Source: an uncultured archaeon | GTDB taxonomy: Archaea > Iainarchaeota > Iainarchaeia > Iainarchaeales > 0-14-0-20-30-16 | Length of the DNA: 12,976 bases | Direction: 5' to 3' | Assembly (NCBI GenBank): GCA_964480435.1 | Contig: CAYZSS010000015.1 | Span: 5,414 to 18,389, forward strand | Shown here: piece by piece, positions 7,176 to 12,028 of the stretch | Position numbering within the stretch: the stretch's first letter is position 1 | How the letters are laid out: every line of letters begins with the position of its first letter | Position numbers and translations under genes: made by a program | The notes under the pieces: model-generated | Told to the model about the DNA's origin: nothing | Databases searched by the model: none | What the model saw: the letters and a program-made list of their open reading frames with translations, nothing else

Positions 7176-7252
7176 AAAATCACCATTTTGTGTGCCTGTT
7201 TTGATTTTTCAGTTCCAAAAATCACAAACTTGTATCCCATAAACAAATCACT

Positions 7253-8137
7253 TTAATTCAAAACTTGTATGTCCAAAACAACTTGTATTATTGCTGGAGA
7301 AAAGTCCCTTACCTGTCTCTTAAAAATTACTTTTACTTTTTTTCCTTCTTTTTTTGCAATGCCCATAATATTTTTTTCAATTTCTGTATAGGGGTCATCC
7401 TTAGGAACAAATTTGTATAAAGTAATAACTCCATTTTTCTTTATAACTTTTAGTGCAGAATCAAAGAATATATCTGCATCTTTAGGCAAAGGCATCACAA
7501 CCAAGTCAAACTTTTCTTTTGTTTTCTTAGCATATTCCTTTACATCATCCAAAATTGCAGTCACTTTGTTTTCCATTTTATTAAGTGTTATATTTTCCAA
7601 AGCATAAGCATGTGCTTTAGGATTAAGTTCAACAGAGACAACCTTTTCTACTTGAGGGTTATTCTTAGCAACCACTAAAGAGAATGGAGCAACCCCGGAA
7701 AAAAAGATACAAACCCTGTCTTTTGGTTTTACTAATCCAGATACCCTAGTCCTTTCAAAGCTCAATCTAGAAGAGAAAAAACTATCACTTACTCTTATCT
7801 TAAAAACACAGCCGGATTCTTTTACATAAGTAATAAAAGTTCTTTTTCCTGCTAAGTATTTGACTTTTTGTGTTCTAAATTTGCCTTTATGAACACTATC
7901 AGTTTTCACAACAGTTTTAATTTTTTTATTAGAATCTAGTAAGGCCCGTGCCATCTTTTTTTCTTTTTTTATTAATTCTTCAGGTATTTTTATTATTGCA
8001 ATATCACCCAGCACATCATAGGAAGTAGTTGCTATCTTAAGTTCTGACTCAGAGATAACACCCTTAAGCACATCCCTAAAAGGAAGAGTTAACTTTGATT
8101 TTTTAAAATCGTTTTGTACTTTCTGAACTTTTTGCAT
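7253..8137 (-). CDS. trm5: tRNA (guanine37-N1)-methyltransferase Trm5 / Met-10+ family.
   Basis: The protein is collinear with archaeal Trm5. YDVLGDIAIIKIPEEL matches FDIIG.laIieIP. SFERTRV matches GGERARI. FFSGVAPFSL matches DMFAGvGPFSi. VELNPKAHAYALENITLNK and DLVVMPLPK also match family blocks. Confidence 0.85.
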   Translation of the reverse strand: MQKVQKVQNDFKKSKLTLPFRDVLKGVISESELKIATTSYDVLGDIAIIKIPEELIKKEKKMARALLDSNKKIKTVVKTDSVHKGKFRTQKVKYLAGKRTFITYVKESGCVFKIRVSDSFFSSRLSFERTRVSGLVKPKDRVCIFFSGVAPFSLVVAKNNPQVEKVVSVELNPKAHAYALENITLNKMENKVTAILDDVKEYAKKTKEKFDLVVMPLPKDADIFFDSALKVIKKNGVITLYKFVPKDDPYTEIEKNIMGIAKKEGKKVKVIFKRQVRDFSPAIIQVVLDIQVLN

Positions 8138-8194
8138 AATAACCTAAAAGATAAAAAGAAATAAAAAGAGATAAAAGAAAAAAAGGAAAGAGTT

Positions 8195-8959
8195 CTATTC
8201 GTATGAGAATAAAACACTTAAGGAAACTGATACTTCCAATTCTCTTGGAGTAATATCTGTACTTATGCTATCCATTAAGCCCATTCCTGAAGATTCTGAT
8301 TTGGAGTAATAAACAGGAGGATAGTAGTTATAACTATCTATAGCTATTGTCTTTGGAGTATTATTTAATGTAGCACCAGTAGCATCAACAACTTCAGTTG
8401 CTTTATCCTTTGCATCAGTAAATGCTAAAGCCCACAAGTCTTTCTTTACAGACTCTTGTGTTTCTTTCTTTAGTCCAAATGATACAGAATCTATGTTGTT
8501 TACACCTTTGCCTACAACCAAATCTGTAATTTCTCCTACTTTAGAAACATCACTTAATGTTAGTTTTAGTGTATGGTTAACTTTGTATCCATTTATTTCA
8601 TATTTTTCAGTATCTTTATTCCATTCCTGATTTGGATACACATTATAACTTTGTGTTTCGTATTTCAGATAACTTAGTTTATCTAATTCAGCTTTAATTC
8701 CATCCCAAATCTCAGCGTTCTTATTCTGGGAAGTCTCAGCCTTATCAGATTGTGTTTCTATAGTAAAATTAATGTATCCCTCATCAGGCATTAGTTTTTG
8801 ACTTGCGCTTCCACTTACAGAAACAGTATTGTATTCACTCTGATTAGTATAAACATTTATTCCACTACTTTTTGGCCAAAATGACATTGTTCCCATTAGA
8901 GCCACAATAAGTATTAAAACAATAAATAACACATAATAGTGTCCTTTATTTACTTCCAT
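8195..8959 (-). CDS. SIMPL / DUF541 domain protein, membrane-anchored.
   Basis: N-terminal TM segment YYVLFIVLILIVALMGTM. VSVSGSASQKLMPDEGYINFTIET...AE and C-terminal ITPRELEVSVSLSVLFSYE fit the SIMPL pattern (V.G.g...v.PD.a.i.f.v ... i.pGe.ev.v.v.v.fe). Strong SD GGAGGTGtgattttATG. Confidence 0.75.
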   Translation of the reverse strand: MEVNKGHYYVLFIVLILIVALMGTMSFWPKSSGINVYTNQSEYNTVSVSGSASQKLMPDEGYINFTIETQSDKAETSQNKNAEIWDGIKAELDKLSYLKYETQSYNVYPNQEWNKDTEKYEINGYKVNHTLKLTLSDVSKVGEITDLVVGKGVNNIDSVSFGLKKETQESVKKDLWALAFTDAKDKATEVVDATGATLNNTPKTIAIDSYNYYPPVYYSKSESSGMGLMDSISTDITPRELEVSVSLSVLFSYE

Positions 8960-9040
8960 AAAATCACACCTCCGATTTATAGAAATCCTCTATATATATA
9001 TTTATTACACTGGTATATAATATTAAAGGATGCGAGCAAG

Positions 9041-9865
9041 ATGAACTTTTTTTCTAAATACTTCATAGATCCAATAATAAACAACACCTACACAACCCTA
9101 AATACATTTGTTTATGTTGGTTTGTTACTATTATTTTGCTTTGGACTACTCTACCCCTGGCTTAAAAAAAGAGAGCTAATAAATTTTAAATTATTTACTG
9201 CAATTCTACCCTATGTAATTGTAGGCGCCTTACTCAGGATTGCCGAGGAGCCTTATTCTGCAGTACATCTTATAGATAAGGCAACTAGCCCTTTATCATT
9301 AGGTTTTTGGTTTATAACTCCTGGAATCTATATAGTCATGTTTGTTGGTACTTTCCTGATTCTTATTATTTGTTGGAAATTAAACAAAGAGAAGGCCCTA
9401 AACTATTTCAGAAATATTGGTTTATTTTTTTGTTTGGCACTTTTAATACCTTATTTACTTTTACTTACTAAACCAATACATTTTGCTTTGACCTTGCTAG
9501 CAATAATTGTAGTTTCCGGCATATTCTTTATTTTATTATACTATTTTAAACCAGAATACCTAAAGGAAAAACTAAATTTAACTCTATTATTCAGCCAGAT
9601 TTTTGATGGCTTTGCAACTTATTTTGCAATTGCATTTTTTGGATTTGGAGAAAAACACGTCCTAAGCAACTGGGTTATAATAAATATAGGGGTTATTGCT
9701 TTCCCTATTCTAAAAATTATTCTTTCATTTGTAATCATAATTCTTATAGAAAAGTCAATTACAGTTAAAAACAAGAATATACTTAACTTTACAAGAATTT
9801 TAATCAGTATTATTGGCTTTGCAACAGGAATAAGGGATTTATTCAGTATAGGGCTAAATTTATGA
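9041..9865 (+). CDS. DUF63-family archaeal integral membrane protein.
   Basis: Multiple TM segments; FDGFATYFAIAFFGFGEKHVLSN is a DUF63-like core. I chose ATG 9041. The ORF-track extension from 8939 overlaps the SIMPL gene and the TATA-like tggtatataatatt, and it encodes junk-like sequence. Confidence 0.7.
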   Translation: MNFFSKYFIDPIINNTYTTLNTFVYVGLLLLFCFGLLYPWLKKRELINFKLFTAILPYVIVGALLRIAEEPYSAVHLIDKATSPLSLGFWFITPGIYIVMFVGTFLILIICWKLNKEKALNYFRNIGLFFCLALLIPYLLLLTKPIHFALTLLAIIVVSGIFFILLYYFKPEYLKEKLNLTLLFSQIFDGFATYFAIAFFGFGEKHVLSNWVIINIGVIAFPILKIILSFVIIILIEKSITVKNKNILNFTRILISIIGFATGIRDLFSIGLNL

Positions 9866-9882
9866 TGATTTAAGGTGAAAAT

Positions 9883-9963
9883 ATGCTCAAGTTTATGATT
9901 TCTTCAAAAAATCAGAAATCAAAACAGGAACATAAAAAGGATGTGATTTTATGTTGTATTTAA
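9883..9963 (+). CDS. Candidate 26-codon mini-ORF (MLKFMISSKNQKSKQEHKKDVILCCI) overlapping the dphB start.
   Basis: A canonical SD, ttAAGGTGAaaatATG, precedes it. The frame stays open for 27 codons in an AT-rich intergenic stretch and ends 13 nt inside dphB in another frame. There is no homology evidence. Confidence 0.2.
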   Translation: MLKFMISSKNQKSKQEHKKDVILCCI

Positions 9964-10691
9964 TCGGACTAGGGCTAAACCCTAAAGAACTAACTTTAGA
10001 AGGGCTAGAGGCCTTAAAAGCTTGCAAAAAGGTGTACTTGGAAGATTACACCAGTAAGTATTCTGAAGGAACCCTTAATGACCTTGAGAAAACTATTGGA
10101 AAAACAGTAATTCCATTAAAAAGAACAGAAACTGAAGAAGAAAGACCTTTTTTGAACTTTCCTAAGGAAAATGTAGCACTATGTATAATTGGAAATATTA
10201 CTTCAGCAACTACCCATCAAGAGATTCTCTCCGAAGCTCAAGCTAAAGGAATTAAAGTAAAATTAATTCCTGGAATAAGCATTCTTTCCGTAATTCCCAT
10301 GCTTACTGGGTTACAAGAATATAAGTTCGGAAGAACCGTAAGCATAGTAAGACCTGAGAAGAACTACAATCCAACAAGCTTTTTCGACTATTTCCTAGAA
10401 AACCAGAAGATCGGACTTCACACAGTTCTACTATTAGATATTAAAAGAGAAGAGAACTATTTCATGAGTCCAAGCGAGGCTGCCCAGATTCTTTTAGAGA
10501 TTGCCAAAGAGAAAGGCCAAAAACTAGACAAAGTAATAGTTATCTCAAATGCAATGGGCAAGAACCAAAGTGTAGAATATTGCACAGCGGAAAGAATAGC
10601 AAAAAAGAAATACCCTACTAGCAGTATTTCTTGCCTAATAATTCCAGGAAAGCTTCATGATTCCGAGAAAGAGTTTCTAGAAAAATTATAA
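9951..10691 (+). CDS. dphB: Diphthine synthase.
   Basis: MLYLIGLGL...GLEALKACKKVYLEDYTS...SATTH...YKFGRTVS...PTSFFDYFLENQKIGLHTVLLLDIK...LIIPGKLH is collinear with archaeal DphB and yeast Dph5. SD aAGGATGTGATtttATG. The family G-D-P-x-x-A-T-T-H block reads G-N-I-T-S-A-T-T-H here (nt 10191-10199). Confidence 0.9.
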   Translation: MLYLIGLGLNPKELTLEGLEALKACKKVYLEDYTSKYSEGTLNDLEKTIGKTVIPLKRTETEEERPFLNFPKENVALCIIGNITSATTHQEILSEAQAKGIKVKLIPGISILSVIPMLTGLQEYKFGRTVSIVRPEKNYNPTSFFDYFLENQKIGLHTVLLLDIKREENYFMSPSEAAQILLEIAKEKGQKLDKVIVISNAMGKNQSVEYCTAERIAKKKYPTSSISCLIIPGKLHDSEKEFLEKL

Positions 10692-11036
10692 TTCATAAAA
10701 TTCTTTTATCTTTTGTTTTAAGTTAATAAGTGCCTCAGGGGTCAAAGAAGTTATTTTATATTGTAACATTTCTTTGCTTAGCTGTAAAGGTTTGTCTACT
10801 CGAATATAACTGTTTTGTTTTAAACTAGCATCTAATAATTCAGAATTTGTTATTTTTAAAGAAATGTTTGAATCTTTTTCCTTTGTAGTTATGCCTAACA
10901 AAACTACATCTTCAAATAAATTGTTGTAGTTATTTGGGCTTATTATTACTACTGGTCTTGTTTTTAAGGCACTCAAATCAGAACAGGGGTTTTTTGCAAC
11001 AAAAATGCCTCCAACATCATAGTTTAAAGATTGCAT
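10686..11036 (-). CDS. Type II toxin, PemK/MazF family.
   Basis: GGIFVAK...LKTRPVVIISPNNYNNLFEDVVLLGITTKEK...NSYIRVDKPLQLSKEML...LTPEALINLKQKI follows the MazF/PemK pattern (Gdi..v....K.RP.vvvS......d.i.vpiTs....S.v....i.tidk..l...ig.L....l..v...l). I prefer ATG 11036 (gaagggga upstream) to the ORF-track TTG at 11069. Confidence 0.7.
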   Translation of the reverse strand: MQSLNYDVGGIFVAKNPCSDLSALKTRPVVIISPNNYNNLFEDVVLLGITTKEKDSNISLKITNSELLDASLKQNSYIRVDKPLQLSKEMLQYKITSLTPEALINLKQKIKEFYEL

Positions 11037-11220
11037 CTGCTTCTTCCCCTTCACTAAAAAACTTTTCAACTGCTATTTTATCTAAAAAGTTTTCGCCTTT
11101 TTCCAGTTTAGCAACATACTGCTTTATTGCTTTCTGAACAACTACACTCCATCTTATTTCATTATATTTCTTCATTACATCATAAACTTCATTTGGTAAG
11201 GAAAAGGTAACATTAGCCAC
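11017..11220 (-). CDS. Ribbon-helix-helix (CopG/MetJ-like) antitoxin.
   Basis: (M)ANVTFSLPNEVYDVMKKYNEIRWSVVVQKAIKQYVAKLE reads as a beta-strand followed by two helices, then an acidic C-terminal tail (SEGEEADAIF). It lies directly upstream of the toxin and overlaps it by 20 nt. The start is GTG 11220, preceded by taAGGAGTGATattt; the ORF-track GTG 11229 lies inside that SD. Confidence 0.6.
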   Translation of the reverse strand: MANVTFSLPNEVYDVMKKYNEIRWSVVVQKAIKQYVAKLEKGENFLDKIAVEKFFSEGEEADAIFKL

Positions 11221-11246
11221 AAATATCACTCCTTATATTGGGGCCT

Positions 11247-11274
11247 GTTTGGTATTTTAAGTATAAATCCAAAC
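11247..11274 (-). promoter_or_regulatory. Candidate TA-operon promoter and operator: a TATA-like core bracketed by a 6-bp inverted repeat.
   Basis: gtttgg (11247-11252) - tattttaagtataaat - ccaaac (11269-11274). The AT core lies about 30-40 nt upstream of the antitoxin start. Confidence 0.35.
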
Positions 11275-11396
11275 TTGCCATAAACATCACTAGTTATATT
11301 TAGTAACAGAAGATTTATATTTCTATGTGGCACCACATATTTTGCATACGGGTTTCACTATTTTTACAAAATACAGAAAAAGGTATTTGGGATATA

Positions 11397-11762
11397 TTAT
11401 GATTTTTTGTGTATCTCTTCCCAATTTTTTGCTGCAATAATTCCTTTTTCTATTTGTTCTTTAGGTATTCCTAAACCCTCTAATGCTTCTATTTTTACTC
11501 CTTTTATAATAAAAAAACTTACTGGGGCCAGGTTAAAAAGTCGAGGCAGTTCTTCCATTGCCTTAAATTCAGAAAGTATTTTTAGAAGTATATCTGGAGA
11601 CATAGATCCCCCGTGCATACGCAGAAGCCCAATTAATTTTTCCACCCTTTCTGCCTTACTAATAGGTGGCTTATATGGTTCCACCTCTTTTTCTTTTTCT
11701 TTTTCTTTTATAGGTTCAGGTGCTTTCTTCCTTTTCGGTAATGGAGGTGGTTTAACAGGCAT
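11397..11762 (-). CDS. Hypothetical 121-aa protein: Pro/Lys/Glu-rich N-terminal tail plus a compact helical domain.
   Basis: ATG preceded by gtaGTGATtattt. MPVKPPPLPKRKKAPEPIKEKEKEKEVEPYKPP is followed by AERVEKLIGLLRMHGG...EALEGLGIPKEQIEKGIIAAKNWEE, which is a possible helix-hairpin-helix-like GLGIP turn. The opposite-strand ORF 11407-11787 looks like a shadow ORF. Confidence 0.55.
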   Translation of the reverse strand: MPVKPPPLPKRKKAPEPIKEKEKEKEVEPYKPPISKAERVEKLIGLLRMHGGSMSPDILLKILSEFKAMEELPRLFNLAPVSFFIIKGVKIEALEGLGIPKEQIEKGIIAAKNWEEIHKKS

Positions 11763-11825
11763 AAATAATCACTACAAAATAAGTTAAAAGAAGTATATAT
11801 ATTTAACTTTATAAAAAAATAAATT

Positions 11826-11841
11826 AAAAAAGTAGTAAAAA
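11826..11841 (-). terminator. Oligo-T terminator tracts just downstream of 5S rRNA.
   Basis: The minus strand reads ...ACTTATTTTTACTACTTTTTTAATTT immediately after the 5S 3' end: a T5 tract (11837-11841) and a T6 tract (11826-11831). Confidence 0.4.
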
Positions 11842-11846
11842 TAAGT

Positions 11847-11960
11847 GTAAACAGCGTGCAACTTTTCCCGCGCGTCTACGCAGTACATACCGCCGATGGC
11901 AAACTTAACTTCCGGGTTCGGAATGGGACCGGGTGTTTCTCTGCCTCTATGGCCGTTTAC
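11847..11960 (-). rRNA. 5S ribosomal RNA (ends accurate to within a few nt).
   Basis: The reverse complement is GTAAACGGCCATAGAGGCAGAGAAACACCCGGTCCCATTCCGAACCCGGAAGTTAAGTTTGCCATCGGCGGTATGTACTGCGTAGACGCGCGGGAAAAGTTGCACGCTGTTTAC. It contains the universal CCGAAC...GGAAGTTAAG, GTACTG and GGGAAA blocks. The terminal helix GTAAACGGC/GCTGTTTAC closes. It is a GC-rich island in AT-rich DNA. Confidence 0.9.
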
Positions 11961-11984
11961 AAATAATATTATGTAGGAGTTATC

Positions 11985-11992
11985 TTTAAAAA
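11985..11992 (-). promoter_or_regulatory. TATA box for the 5S rRNA gene.
   Basis: The minus strand reads cTTTTTAAAgata, 25-32 nt upstream of the 5S 5' end. It is embedded in the small palindrome atcttt-aa-aaagat. Confidence 0.45.
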
Positions 11993-12028
11993 GATATCTG
12001 CCAAATGCCCCTTATTCCTTTCAAAAAA

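Noticed and set aside
6537-7607. Plus-strand ORFs 6537-6728, 6764-6949 and 7413-7607.
   Set aside because: They are antisense shadows within the methyltransferase and trm5 genes. Their sequences are junk-like and Phe/Ser/Cys-rich, and they have no recognisable motifs or SD.
6030-8137. Restriction-modification system (methyltransferase plus nuclease).
   Set aside because: Both neighbours of the methyltransferase are confidently housekeeping genes (rpoF and trm5). No nuclease-like ORF or specificity subunit is present, so only a solitary methyltransferase can be claimed.
8138-8194. Purine-rich spacer with roughly 10-bp phased A-tracts (agataaaaag / aaataaaaag / agataaaaga), considered as a structured or regulatory repeat.
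   Set aside because: It is short and imperfect. It is adequately explained as the oligo-T termination region (on the minus strand) after the SIMPL gene, plus the trm5 5' region. Nothing specific can be supported.
8939-9040. N-terminal 34-codon extension of the DUF63 ORF (track start 8939).
   Set aside because: It overlaps the start of the SIMPL gene and runs through the divergent promoter (the TATA-like tatatatatattt and tggtatataatatt). An in-frame ATG at 9041 with an upstream aaagga gives a sensible N-terminus.
9862-9925. C/D-box sRNA: ATGATGA at 9862-9868 looks like a C box.
   Set aside because: No CTGA D or D' box occurs at the expected roughly 12-nt spacing or at the 3' end (only tcaga is present). 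No terminal pairing is evident either. The ATGATGA simply contains the DUF63 stop codon.
10934-11137. Plus-strand ORF of 67 aa across the toxin/antitoxin junction.
   Set aside because: It is antisense to two ORFs with recognisable MazF and RHH patterns. The translation is low-complexity (Leu/Ser-rich), and it lacks an SD.
11687-11709. (cttttt)n microsatellite as a possible regulatory or phase-variable repeat.
   Set aside because: It lies in frame inside the 121-aa gene and encodes KEKEKEKE. The period of 6 preserves the reading frame on slippage, so it acts at most as a length-variable linker and not as an on/off switch.
11407-11787. Plus-strand 126-aa ORF opposite the 121-aa gene.
   Set aside because: Its translation (SFSFSFSF, GNGGG, Ser/Ile/Phe-rich) looks like the mirror of a Lys/Glu-rich gene. 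The minus-strand ORF has an SD-like GTGAT, an upstream TATA-like element and protein-like composition.
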